Below are positions 30,030-45,971 of a stretch of 64,000 nt of DNA, one piece after another. Made by a program: the position numbers and the translations under genes. Position 1 is the first letter of the stretch. Each line of letters starts with the position of its first letter. Below the pieces are notes generated by a model. It saw only the letters and a list, made by a program, of their open reading frames with translations. It had not been told where the DNA came from and did not search any database. Origin of the DNA: the human T2T-CHM13v2.0 reference genome, Homo sapiens. The DNA is taken from assembly GCF_009914755.1 (NCBI RefSeq), contig NC_060925.1. One strand, written 5' to 3'.

Positions 30030-30630
30030 ATGGTCTCATTATTACTTCCTCCAGTCCAACCAAGTCAATTCTAATGCCTAAAGGCTTCTCAAACTTGCCA
30101 ATCTTTATTTCCATGGCCACCAGTCAAGTTCAGGACACCCTCCTCTTTTGTCTAAATTATCAAAAGAATCTCTAACCAGTTTCCTTGACTCTAGTCTTGC
30201 CTTCCTCTAATTAAGTTTCCATACTATGGCCAAAATGATGAGGGGAAAAGCTGGTCAGTTCCAAACCCACTGCTTTCCTAAAGATCATCACCCCCAATAG
30301 TTTAAGTAACTAGAATGATTCTTTCCAAAACGTAAATGTCATGTTACTTTCTGCTTAAAATCATTCAATGGTTCCCCCCACCAACCTCTCAGGATAGTGT
30401 GAGCTCCTTGGCAAAATTTATAAGGCGGTGCAAGCAGCCTCTAACTACTCTCTAGTATGTACTCTAGCCACGCTCAACTATTTTGTTTAACTTCTCTAAA
30501 TTCCTTATGAGAATGAAAACAGAGTAAGGGCAAGAACTGAGTCTGTCTTGTTTACTGCTGAATCTCTAGCACTTAGCAAAGTGACTGGAACATAATGTGT
30601 ATTACAAAATTCTGCAGAATGAGTATATGC
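30030..30630 (+). mobile_element. L2 remnant
   Basis: 'catgttactttctgcttaaaatcattcaatggttcccc' and 'gtcttgtttactgctgaatctctagcacttagc' L2 motifs. Confidence 0.65.
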
Positions 30631-30885
30631 ATTTCTATTAGCCTCTCAATCAGAAAGGGAAAAAAACCCATTTCTGACCCATGAACAACAGCAACAAAAA
30701 GAGAAACGGCTAAACAAAAGCCCCTCACATTTTACCTCAATTGATAGCTACCTGTATGTCTGTCTTCACTCTACTAAATAATAAATTCTTCACATCAGGA
30801 ACGATGGCACCACTGCTTTGCATAAATGAATGGGATAAAAGATAACTTTTTCCTACATGCTTAGCAATTCTGGAGTTTAACACTA

Positions 30886-31164
<279 letters not shown>

Positions 31165-31185
31165 CTAAAATTAAATAGAACTTAC

Positions 31186-31320
31186 CTTAAAGCCCACATG
31201 TTGCACAAATCCACTTTCAGCTTGCATTTGCTGAAGTTTCTGCTTCTTTAACTTTTTAAACTGTAATAGTTCTTTATATTCAGGTAAATTCCTATACATG
31301 ATAGGAATACTTTCGTCATC
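31186..31320 (-). CDS. ZZZ3: ZZZ3 coding exon ([45 protein letters not shown])
   Basis: T19-gatag acceptor, AAG|gtaagt donor, 135 nt; ends in the HxGF lead-in of the ZZ finger. Confidence 0.95.
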
Positions 31321-31905
31321 CTATCAAAAAAAAAAAAAAAAAAATGTTGGTTTGGTAATTAAAATGAATTAAGTGTAAGTAATACTGATACAGAATATTT
31401 TTCTACTGATATTTTTCATTTTTAAAATATCTCTTAGTACTCATAGAAAATTAGTGCTGTTATTAGCAGTATTTTCCACTAATGCTTTTGGACTTTTTTT
31501 TTTTTTTTTTTTAACACAACAGTAATTCTGAATTGTAGCAGACTACTTCAATGCAGGTAAAAGGGAAGCACGGCCATGATTACCACCTCTGTCACACACT
31601 ATTGCAAACCCAATCCCATCTTTATATTTTCACGGTTACTTGAGTGACTTGTAATCTACTTCTCCCTCATTTAAGGAAGTTCCTCTTCTCCAATCTAACA
31701 GATTTTTACATTTGCTCCTGTAAACATGACACTTTCTTAATAACAAGCAAACCAACCTCTGCTCTTGTTTTTTGCTCTGTACTCCCAATGATCAAAGTAG
31801 AACATTTCTCTCCTACTCAACAAGATGAACTGAGTTACAAAGACGACTATTTAGAATGGACTGTAAGAGACATAAACAGTAAAAACTATATAAATGTATT
31901 AAGTA

Positions 31906-32258
<353 letters not shown>

Positions 32259-32936
32259 CTATTTATGATTCCGAACTTTTAGATACATATGTTCGGGACC
32301 ATCCCCCACCTCCCAAATTGACAAGTAGTTTTCTACTCAAAGTATTAACATGCAAAATTTGTCTATTTAAAATTGCTGACAACACTGTGGTTCATCATCC
32401 TAGACAACTTCAAGATTATCACAGATGCCCAACTCGCTATTTCTGGCCTCTAATCTTACACTGATTCTACTGAAATAATCTTCATCTTCATTCCTTCTCA
32501 GAGTCTCCCACTCCAACAGCCATACCTTGGACCTTGCCTTCAACTATAAGTGTTTTACATCCCAAATATTAAGCTTAGATTTCCTACCTCCACTGTTATT
32601 CCTACTTCTCTCATATTCTCACCCCAAATAATCAGCTTATTTTTTTAACCTCATTGAAATTTCTAATCACTATTCTGCTTCCTATTCTCCCAATTCATTT
32701 GTGCTCTGCCACCCAGGTTCCATTTCTTTTCTTTGCTACCTTATGACTGATCCCATGCTCACTTATTTCCTAAAAGCATCCCCAATTCTCTGATCCATGT
32801 TCTGTAAATTCCCAATCCCGGACCAGACAAGCCCTACCCCACCCATTCCTCCTGCTACATTAGGTATTAAGTGCTATGTTTATTTTATATCAAGTAAACA
32901 AAAGCTTACACAAAGCAGCCCAAGTCAGAAATCTAA

Positions 32937-33248
<312 letters not shown>

Positions 33249-33489
33249 TATCCTCAGTTATTCACTCTGTCTTATATCGAATGTAACAAATCCTGTCATT
33301 TCTTAATACTTTCTACAATCGCTTTCAAATCGGTCCTCTAGTATCCACCCCCTCCTTTGCCCCTTACCATTACTTAAAATTTCCCAATGGTTTCCTGACT
33401 ATCTACAGCATCAAGTCCAAAGTCTTTGGCTGAATAAAAGATTCTTCACAATTTCACACTTCATCTATCTTATCTCCCACTTTTTCCTG

Positions 33490-33819
33490 TTATTTTATTT
33501 TTATTTTTATTATTTTATTATTATTATTATTATTTTGAGAGAGGGTTTCACTCTGTCACCCAGGCTGGAGTGCAATGGTGGGGCTCTCTGCAGACTTGAC
33601 CTCCCAAGCTCAAGTGATTCTCCCACCTCAGCCTCCTCAGTAGCTGAGATGACAGGCGCACACCACCAAGCCTGGCTAATTTTTTTTTTTTTTTTTTTTT
33701 TGTAGAGACGGGGTTTCGTCATGTTGCTCAGGCTGGTCTCGAACTTCTGGGCTCCAGTGATTTGCTCATCTAGGCCTCACTTATTGCTGGGATTACAGCA
33801 TGAGCCACTGCGCCTGGCC
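33490..33819 (-). mobile_element. AluJ-like with (TTA)n tail
   Basis: Diverged dimeric Alu. Confidence 0.85.
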
Positions 33820-34099
33820 CCACTATCCATTTCAAATTCTTGTCAACTAAAGAAGTTTGATGATTGTTATTACCATACTATGTCACCACTGAGAAAGACA
33901 ACATTAAGTAATGCTATACACTAATAAATAAGTGACCCGAATAATTAGATAATATAGTAAGACACGTCTTAATGAAATTTACTTAATTCAGATATTTTGC
34001 AAATGCAAAGAGTGTAAACACTTTTAAATTTTTAGATTTGCATTTAAATGCTAAGGATATTATTAAATGTGATCAGCAAGGCTAAGATTAAGAAAAGTT

Positions 34100-34806
34100 A
34101 AATCACCTCACACCCAGTAGGTGGCTACTACTGAAAAAAAAAATAAATAAATAACCAGTGTTGGTAAGGATGTAAATAAATTGGAATCCTTATGCACTGT
34201 TGGTGAGAATGTAAATGGTACAGCTCCTATGGAAAACAGTATGGTGGTTCCTCAAAAAATTTAGCATAAAATTACCATACAATCTAGCAATTCTACTTCC
34301 CAAAAGAACTGAAAGCAGGATATTTGTATACCTATGTTCACAGTAGCATTATTCACAATAGCCAAAAGGTGGAAGCAACCCAAGTATCCATCAACAAATG
34401 AATGGATAAACAAAATGTGGCATACAATATTGGGAATATAATGCAGCCTTAAAAAGGAAAGAAATTGTGATACATGCTACAAAATGGATGAACCTTGAAG
34501 ACCATACGCTGGGTGAAACGAGCCAGTCACAAAAGGACAAATACTGTATGCTTCCACTTATTTGAGGTATGTAGAGTAGTCAAATTTATAGATATGGAAA
34601 GCAGAATAATGACTGCCAGAGGCTAGAAAAAGGGGTGCTGGGGAGATGTTTAATACATACAGAGTTTCAGTCATGTAAGCTGAGAGCTCTGGAAACCGGT
34701 TGCACAATAATGTGACTGTACATAGCATTGCTGAACTGTATACTATAAAAATGGTGAGGATGGTAAATTTCATGTTATGTGTATTTCACCAAAATTAAAA
34801 GAAAAA
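34100..34806 (+). mobile_element. L1MB-type 3' end
   Basis: 'cacagtagcattattcacaatagccaaaaggtggaagcaacccaagtatccatcaacaaatgaatggataaac' L1 motif. Confidence 0.85.
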
Positions 34807-35144
34807 TTTTTTAAAGCCTCATAGATTTCCTAATCATAATCACTTTAAACTTACTTAAAGGGGACTAATATCAAATGGAGCTAAAACTGTATACAGATTT
34901 CGAAGCCACGGGTAAATAACATGTAAGTAAGTGTTCTATCTATTGCTTTTTGAAAAGAGAAACTAAAATCTATAAACTTTTCCACCAGATGCTTCATAAA
35001 TATACATCTTGAGTAGCTATTTTAAAGTGATCAGAATAATTTGAACTGGCACTCATTTTTAAATAAATAAACTCAACAACAACAAAAATTACATCAAATC
35101 TAATCCACTCTATTATATTTTGCCAATTTGTCAAACTGTACCTT

Positions 35145-36271
35145 TGGGTTTTGTTTTTTGTGGGTTTTTCTGAGGGTTTTGGGTTTTTTTGTTTTGTTTT
35201 GTTTTTTGAGACGGAGTCTCACTCTGTCTTCCAGGCTGGAGTGCAGTGGCACGATCTCGGCTCACTGCAAACCTCTGCCTCCTAGGTTCAAGTGATCCTC
35301 CTGCCTCAGCCTCCCGAGTAGCTGGGACTACAAGCATGCACCACCATACCTGGCTAATTTTTGTATTTTTAGTAGAGACGGGGTTTCACCATATTGGCCA
35401 GGCTGGTCTCCAACACCTGACCTCATGATTCATCTGCCTCGGCCTCCCAAAATGCTGGGATTACAGGTGTGAGACACTGCGCCCGGCCTTTTTGTTTGTT
35501 TTTTTAAGACAGAGTCTCCCTCTGTCGCCCAGGCTGGAATGCAGTGGCGTCATCCAGGTTCACTGCAGGCCCAATTTCCCAGGCTCAAGTGATCCTCCCA
35601 TCTCAGCCTCTTGAGTAGATGGGACTTCAGGAATGCACCACCATGCCAGGCTGATAATTTTTTCTTTTTTCTTTTTTGTAGAGATGGGGTCTCACTATGT
35701 TGCCCAGGCTGGTCTTGAACTCCCAGGCTCAAGCGATCCTCCTGCCTCAGCTTCCAACAGTACTAGGATTACAGTTGTGAGCCACCACACCTAGCCAAAT
35801 TGTACTTTTTTTAAGTACTCCACCACCACTCTTCATCTGGCCAATTTTTATCCATACTTCAAGTACCATCTTCACTGTCACCCTCTCAGGTCTTCCACTG
35901 AAACTCTCAATCTAAATTAAGTACCTCTTAAATAATTATGTTAGCATCTCTTTTTCCTTTGAAGCATTTTTTAATTTATTTTTTTGGAGCTGGAGTTTTT
36001 GCCCTTGTTGCCCAGGCTGGAGTGCAGTGGTGCAATCCCAGCTCCTGGCAACCTCTGCCTCCCAGGTTCAGGCAATTATCCTGCCTCAGCCTCCTGAGTA
36101 GCTGAGATTACAGGCATGCACCACCATGCCCAGCTAATTTTTTTTTTTTTAAGTAGAGATGAGGTTTTACCATGTTGGCCAGGCTGGTCTTGAACTCCTG
36201 ACCTCAGGTGATCTGCCCACCTCAGCCTCCCAAAGTGCTGGGATTACAGGCGTGAGCCACAGTGCCCGGTC
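35145..36271 (-). mobile_element. Three antisense Alus (35145-35488 AluS, 35489-35796 AluJ, 35968-36271 AluS)
   Basis: The first two are in tandem and share an outer degenerate TSD aaa(c/t)tgtac; the third has TSD tgaag(c/t)a. Confidence 0.85.
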
Positions 36272-36699
36272 TGAAGTACTTTTTTAAATGTGTGATTTAC
36301 TGATGTGATTACACATTTATCTCCTCCCATAGACGAAAATTTATGAGCACAAAGATCAGACATATTTTGTTCATAACTACGTATCTAATCCCTAGCAAAG
36401 CCTGATAAATAGTAAGTTTAAATAAATATTTCTCAGATGTACAATTCTAATAATCACAAAGTATGAAATTATACACAAATGCTGTTTAAAACACAGCAAT
36501 GATAGTAGTCATTTTTCAAAAGACAAGTTTAAAAGGAAATTTTAAAATTTTTATGAATACAGTTATTAAGGTAGTTTGATGCCAAAGTATACAATCAGTA
36601 TTCGATTAATCTAGCTATAGAACAAAGGAGCTTACTTTTATTTGATAACTTTTCATTAAAATATCCTTTTCCAATTCTATATAATCAGAGTATTAAGGA

Positions 36700-38785
<2,086 letters not shown>

Positions 38786-38917
38786 CATTACTTAAAAACT
38801 ATACATTTGACTTGTTCATTAAAAGAAACCAACATTCTCTGAAGAGTGGAAATAATTAGAAAATCCTACTCTCTTCTATACCTTGATGTATATAACAACT
38901 TGATGTGTATAACTTAC

Positions 38918-39070
38918 TGATGCATCTTCAACAGCAGTGTTCATGTGGCTATGAAAACAAGATCGGTCATCATCTTCATCCATATACACTGGCGGTTCAT
39001 GTGAAGTCATGAAAGTGGAAGGCTTAAAGAGATGCTTATTAAGAGGGTGCTGTCGTCTGCTTGTTGAAGA
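38918..39070 (-). CDS. ZZZ3: ZZZ3 coding exon ([51 protein letters not shown])
   Basis: ttacttag acceptor, TCA|gtaagt donor, 153 nt, open frame. Confidence 0.93.
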
Positions 39071-39529
39071 CTAAGTAAGAAAACAAATTTTTAATTGGTT
39101 CAGTGAAAAATCATTACAAGAATCAAAAATATAAAAATACAAATGTTACTTCCAACAAGTCTATCAGAAGAATTTCACTCTATCCTTTAGCATACTCTTA
39201 TGTTGTTGCTTTTTCTGTTTTCTGCGTTTTTAAAGCATAACTAGCTTTAAAAAATTTTTTTTAAATGTAGGGGAAATACCCCAACAGCGGTAAAATGGAC
39301 CACATGTTTAATATCTAGCTTATATTTGTATCCCCAGCATTTATCATACTCTTGGCAGTCAAATGCTGGCTGCACTGAATTCTTATGATCATCTTATAGA
39401 AGATCAGACAGGATGAAGTGGCCTATGCCAGACATAAAACTATCCAGTAAAAAGTAAAAGGAAAATTTCTATAACATTATGAATATCTGAAAATACTTAT
39501 CTAACATTGATTGACTGCTTATTCTATGC

Positions 39530-39731
39530 CAGGGTTGTCCAATCTTTGGCTTCCCCGGGCTACATTGGAAGAATTGTCTTGGGCCACACATAAAATACAC
39601 TAACACTAAAAAAAAAAACAAAAAAAAAATTTCTTGTAATGTTTTAAGAAAGTTTACCAATTTGTGTTGGGCCACAATCAAAGCTGTCGTGGGCCACATG
39701 TGGTACGTGGGTCATGGGTTGGACAAGCTTG
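39530..39731 (+). mobile_element. MER30-like hAT MITE inserted in a MIR
   Basis: TIR-like cagggttgtccaa...ttggacaagcttg; 8-bp TSD-like (tt/ct)ctatgc on each side. Confidence 0.8.
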
Positions 39732-40588
39732 CTCTATGCCAATGTCATTTAATCCTTACAACATTCCTATAACGTAGTTATCATCACCTCTAATTTAAAA
39801 ATGAGAAAACTGAGGACAGGGAGGTTAAGTTTCTTGTTCAGTGTGTTGCAGCTAGATAGTGGTAGAACCAGGATTATAAACTAGGCCTATGTGGTGCCCA
39901 AATTCTCACTTTCCACCACTATGCAGCCTGCCTGTCTTGATCAATAGCACAGTCACAAAGAACACCCTCAGCTACATGAAGAACCATCATTTCACCTGTT
40001 TCCAAATTTAAACTCTAACAATGGCAAGCAATCATTGTAAATATAGCTGTACTAGATCTTCACAGCCAAAATACAGTACACCTAAGGGAAAAAAACACAT
40101 GTACGTTCTCCAGTATTCCTTTTGTTATCATTATCCAGTGTTAATGATGAAAACATGGTTACATCTATAAAATTAGCTTAGAAATTAACCATGAAAATAA
40201 GAGCTCTTACATTAAACACAGGTTAATGTAAGGTTCCAATATTCCACAGTTATAGGATGAACTCTACAAATCTACACAGGTTGTGCTATATTTGGTGGGA
40301 AACCCAAAATATTTAAAACAATTGGCAAATTAAAACAAGCTTCCAAAGCTCGGTTAAAAAAAATTTTTTTTTAATGTGTAAAACATGAAACTGTATAGAC
40401 AATATTCTTAATGTAAAATTACATGAAATAGCTTCAGTATGGAAGGATAACAGCACTAGATATACTCTTAGCTTCTCTTTATGAGAAAGATGTCAGTGGT
40501 GGGGAGGGAAAAGTAACAGGATAACTTATTAAGAAAATTTAAAACAGCCAATTAGGTGTCTTTATTTTTTGCGATTACAAGAACGAAC

Positions 40589-40757
40589 AGCTGGGACTGC
40601 AGGTGCGTGCCACCACACCCGGCTAATTTTTGTATTCTTAGTAGAGACGGGGTTTCACCATATTGGCCAGGCTGGTCTTGAACTCCTGACCTCGTGATCC
40701 ACCCGCCTCGGCCTCCCAAAGTGCTGGGATTACAGGCGTGAGCCACCGTGCCCGGCC
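40589..40757 (-). mobile_element. 3'-truncated CpG-rich Alu
   Basis: Complete left arm plus about 40 nt of right arm; no tail. Confidence 0.85.
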
Positions 40758-41079
40758 GAAACTGGCTACATTTTAATGTAGTGTCCTGTTTGGGAAAGAA
40801 ACAGTAGCTTCTCCACTGTAGAAAGCAACAGAGAAAAGTGGAAAAAGTGTGGCATCAGAATGGGAGAGAATCAGTGGTTCCCAGACTTAGCAGCTAAGCA
40901 ACTAGATAATTCACTCAACATACCTGAGGGCCCAGTTTCCTTACCAAATAAAAGGTTATAGAACAGTAGAGTCTGGCTCAGAGCCCTCAATATAACAGCT
41001 AGCTATTAATATTATGTCAGTAAAGTGAAGATGATAAGACTACTTATATTTCAAGAATTGTAGAAAGGATTAAATACAA

Positions 41080-41211
41080 TATTTTATTTTTTTAAAGATA
41101 CGGGACCTCACTATGTTGCCTAAGTTGGACTCAAACTCCTGGCCTCAAGTGTTCCTCGTGCCTCAGCCTCCCAAGTAGCTGGGACAACAGGTGCACACCA
41201 CTGTGCCTGGC
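41080..41211 (-). mobile_element. FLAM-like Alu monomer inside a MIR
   Basis: Single left-arm-type monomer with T tail. Confidence 0.8.
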
Positions 41212-41612
41212 TTTAGAATATCATAATAAACCTTTCTATTCTTGGATTTATGTAGCATTATCTACAAAACAGAAATTGATCTATTAAATTTATTAAATGA
41301 TTGATTTATTAAATAATCAAATATCCTAAAAACTTTACCCTCACAAAGGCCTTTCTAACATATTTTGAATCTAAAATCTTTCAAGTAGCACTCATTCACA
41401 TTACTCCAAAGAAAATAATGAAGAATCATGAATTTCACTGAGCAGCAATAATGGAGTCCTTACCCTCCACTTTTGCACAATATAAGGAAATGCTTAGAAT
41501 GAACAGAAGTTTTAAAATACAACACTATTCTGTCAAATGTGTAGATTTTTACATAGCAATTCTTACTTTAATAAATTTAATCTACAGTTTACTTTCATGT
41601 ATTTTCTTTTAC

Positions 41613-41708
41613 CTTTTTGGAGTATATATATAAGTTTGGTGTTCTGCCTGGTACTGGAATGCCAGCTTTAGTTAGCTTTATGAAATACTTCTGTACTCGG
41701 CTGGCAAC
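41613..41708 (-). CDS. ZZZ3: ZZZ3 coding exon ([32 protein letters not shown]), SANT/Myb helix 3
   Basis: ccttag acceptor, AAG|gtaaaa donor, 96 nt; 'VxSxxQKYF' motif. Confidence 0.95.
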
Positions 41709-42365
41709 CTAAGGAAACATGACAAGTCTCTTAACACAATGAGATGACATACAATACCTGAGTCGTTTTTAAAAATTAAAACGTACATGAGTATCTAATG
41801 AATGCTAAGAATTCAATACTCATCATGAATCTAGAATTAACAATAAACTGCCACCAAATACACATATATTTTAAAATCTAGGCCAAACAAAAATTATTCA
41901 AGTAAATTTAAATTTGATTCTAAAGCTAAACACATATTTCAACTTGTGAACACTTACATTTGTAGTATAAAAACACATCTATTAATATAGATGGGAATAT
42001 GAAGGAGTAAACTGCAAGATACATTTTTAGAAAGACAACCAGGAAACACTAAGGCAATGAAACAAATCTGTTTGCTCAGTATAACCAAAAAGTATACAAT
42101 TAGTATATTTAGTAAGCATTCAAGAGAAATTAAGTCCATTATATGTTCATTTTTTAATATTTCGTAATGATCCAAAGCAGAAGTATCTCAAGTTGTTTCT
42201 GAAATCAACGAAAATATATACAATTTTTTTAAAAAAACACCACATACTACAGCACTCTGTAGCTGAAAGTGTTATGGCAGATCGCCCAATGTCAGCTGCA
42301 TTATTCTCCTTTATTAAAAAACTACCAAAAGCATACCAGCAATCTGCAGTCATCTCCTCAATTAC

Positions 42366-42467
42366 CTGTTTTGCTGTCCTGTTGCCCAATTCATCTGCTA
42401 TCTTCTGCCAGCGTCGAGATTCTACTTCTTCAGGAGGGTATTTGATGAGTAGCTGTTCCAGCTTTTT
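42366..42467 (-). CDS. ZZZ3: ZZZ3 coding exon ([34 protein letters not shown]), SANT/Myb core
   Basis: tag acceptor, CAG|gtaatt donor, 102 nt; 'RWxxIAxxLGxRTxxQ' Myb motif. Confidence 0.95.
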
Positions 42468-43417
42468 CTAAGCCATACCCAAGACCAAATTTAAGAAAAT
42501 ATGTATTTAATTTTAAATATTGAATTTCTAAATAAATACATTCACATTTCATTTCAAAATGTAATACTCTCTCCCACCTTTGGGGGTTACGTAATTAGAA
42601 ATCCTCATGGTAGGAAAAATTTCTAGTTAGAAACTTAAGACTTCACAGGGAACAATGAAATTAGAGAATAAACTTATGAAAGAGCTTAGAAAAGTTTTCT
42701 ATTCACATAAGTAAAAATATCTCATAAGAAAACAGAAAATAAGTAAACAAATTGGTAGATTACACATTTTAGTGATTTCCACTGAAATCACTAAATCCAC
42801 TGAAATCCAAGAAAAGATGGTCAATCTTTTCTTACTTTTCTTTCCCCTACAGTTTTAACAAAAACGTGTAAATTCACTTAAATTTCGACTATTAAAAGAG
42901 GCTTTTCCTTCTTTTGTATGGTCCTTTATTCAAATATTTGATTTTAATATTCCTTCTTGTCTCCTGTATCTTCTCATAGTCCTAAAGATGCAGAAAAATC
43001 TGGATGCTTGAAATAAATAGATTTCCCAAAGCTTTTTATAAACTGTTAAACGTATAGCTGTGGGGTTAATAGCCATATGAGACAAAGATGTGCCTCAAAC
43101 TTCACCCACTAACAACCCTAGCCATTAGCCAAAAAACAATTCTAAACTGTATGCCAAAACTGACTTGACTTCCTCACCTCCCTTCGACAACAAAAATAAG
43201 AATGCACTTTGAAGCTCAGCTTTACTGGCCTCAGGTTTTTCTCTCTCCCAAAGCTACATTACAAAAACATCTATTTTATTCTATCCACTTCTACTCCCCT
43301 CTCAAAACCCAGGTTCCTTCTTTTAAAATTATCCCCAAACAAAAGTTTACACATTCTCAAAATCCAAAATTCTTGACGTATGCAAAAAGGTATACAAAAA
43401 TAAGCCTAAATATTTAA

Positions 43418-43915
<498 letters not shown>

Positions 43916-44074
43916 TAAGACAAGGCTTTTGTCAGAGAGAAAATAACAACACCTATCCTTTGATATAGCCAAATAACACGCAAATTGTGGAATTTTTAAA
44001 TTAATTTCAAAATATTTGAGTAAATTTGTTTTTTAATGTATATGCTTTTTTTTTAACTGTTTACAAAATGCCTT

Positions 44075-44500
44075 CACATTATTTTATTTTGTTTGGTTTT
44101 ATACTCTCAGCAATCCTGTGAAATACATAATAGTACTGTAACTTCATTTTTTAAAAAAGGGAAAGGAAATGTGGGCTCAGAATTGAAAAGTAACATGTCC
44201 ACTGAGGTTCATCTAACTAAGAGTGGCAAGGCCAGGACTCAAATCCTGGTCACATTTCACTACACACAAAGGAACTACTATTTTTAGAGTAAATACTATG
44301 TGTCGGATACTGTACTAGGCACATTGCATATACTACCTATTTAACCCTCACCAACAACCCTACAAGATAGGTAATATCAACTACATTTTATACAAAAGGA
44401 AACTGCAGCTTAGAGACTTCAACGTAAATGATGTCTGAAGGTTCACGGCTAGTAAGTTAGGACTCCAACCTAAGTTTCTCTTAATTTCAAAGTTCTTATC
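44075..44500 (-). mobile_element. Two MIR copies
   Basis: 'tttaaccctcaccaacaaccctacaagataggta...aggaaactgcagcttagag' MIR antisense core. Confidence 0.7.
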
Positions 44501-44614
44501 TCCTTTATCTTCCAGTGAAAGACTGCTTTAATTTTAAGAACACAAACCAGCAAAATGTTAAATTGTTTTGTCTAAAATTCAAATTCTCCTACTCCAATAT
44601 TTCACACTGCTTAC

Positions 44615-44730
44615 CTGAGGACGACTGCTTGAGCCTTCTGGACCATCACTCAAAGGCAACATAGAATATGAAAGGGACTCTCCATCCTTCTTAGGATCTA
44701 AAGGACTTTTTGGTCTAGCAGGTAAACCTA
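44615..44730 (-). CDS. ZZZ3: ZZZ3 coding exon ([V][38 protein letters not shown])
   Basis: tatttttcag acceptor (tandem CAG/TAG), CAG|gtaagc donor, 116 nt, phase 1 to 0. Confidence 0.93.
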
Positions 44731-44817
44731 CTGAAAAATAAGACCACATACAGAACTGTTAAAGCAAAACATTGCCAGATATTTTTCTACTTAAATTCTT
44801 ATCATATGATTTCTTAC

Positions 44818-44965
44818 CTTTATCAAAAACTAGCTTAACTCTTCTAGTATGTCTTTTACGATTTTTAAATTCTCTTTCAAAATTCCCAAGGCTATGGGTA
44901 TATTGGTCCCATACGATCTCAGGCAATTGAACAACTCTCTGTGGATATGGAAGCCCAATATCAGC
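44818..44965 (-). CDS. ZZZ3: ZZZ3 coding exon ([49 protein letters not shown])
   Basis: cag acceptor, G|gtaaga donor, 148 nt; lies inside ORF 44759..44989; basic KNRKRHTRR cluster. Confidence 0.95.
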
Positions 44966-45663
44966 CTGGAGGCAGGGGAGAAAAAACAAAATAAAGTAAA
45001 AGTCTAAATTTAATTAAAGAAATAATCCACCACAGTCAAATTTTCAGATGACTCCAAATCCAAATAATCAATGGGGCATTTCTATTCATGTTTAAATCCA
45101 AGAGACAATAAAGTTAATTAATATAGTCTAAATATTAAATGCTAAAGATGATAAGTAAAGAAATGAATTTAGCAAAACCTAAGTACGACTTCTAGTTGGA
45201 GGGCAGTGTCTTTTAAAATAATGATAGTAATATAAAATAAAACTAACAACCCATAAATGTTCTCTGCATTCCATATACCAATATATATCACCAGTTTCAT
45301 TAATATGAACTAGGAGGAATTTTTTATATGTCCACTAAAACAAACAAGTTACCAGTCAACAACATAACTAATATGATAAACCTAAATAAAATAGGCAAAT
45401 TGAGTTGGCATGAGCAAACCCAGAAAAATAGAAGAATCAATCTTTTAAATTAAACCTAGTAGGAAAATTTTTTTCCAAAGAACATAGGACTTTCATGGTA
45501 ATTTTTTTCTTTTTTTTTTTTTTTAAGTCCCAGACACTGATAACCTCATGGTTATTAAAATATCTTAATTTAATATATTTCCATGTAATTGTATAAAAAA
45601 TTATTAAGATGGTCAACATCACATCTTTATTTCTGAAATAAAGTGAAAAGAAATTCCATTCTA

Positions 45664-45971
45664 GGCTGAGCGCAGTGGCTCATGCCTGTAATCTCAGCAC
45701 TTTGGGAAGCCAAGGCTGGTGGATCACTTCGGGTCAGGAGTTCAGACCAACCTGGCCAACATGGTGAAACCCAGTCTCTACTAAAAATAAAAAAATTAGC
45801 CAGGTGTAGTACAGTGCATTTGCAGTCCCAGATACTCAGGAGGCTGAGGCAGGAGAATCTGTTGAACCTGGGAGGCGGAAGTTACAGTGAACTGAGATCA
45901 GACCCCACTGCACTCCAGCCTGGGTGACCTAGTGAGATTCCATCTCAAAAAAAAAAGAAAAAAGAAAGAAA
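45664..45971 (+). mobile_element. AluS-like
   Basis: Dimeric Alu; degenerate TSD gaaa(t/g)tcc(a/g)ttcta. Confidence 0.9.
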
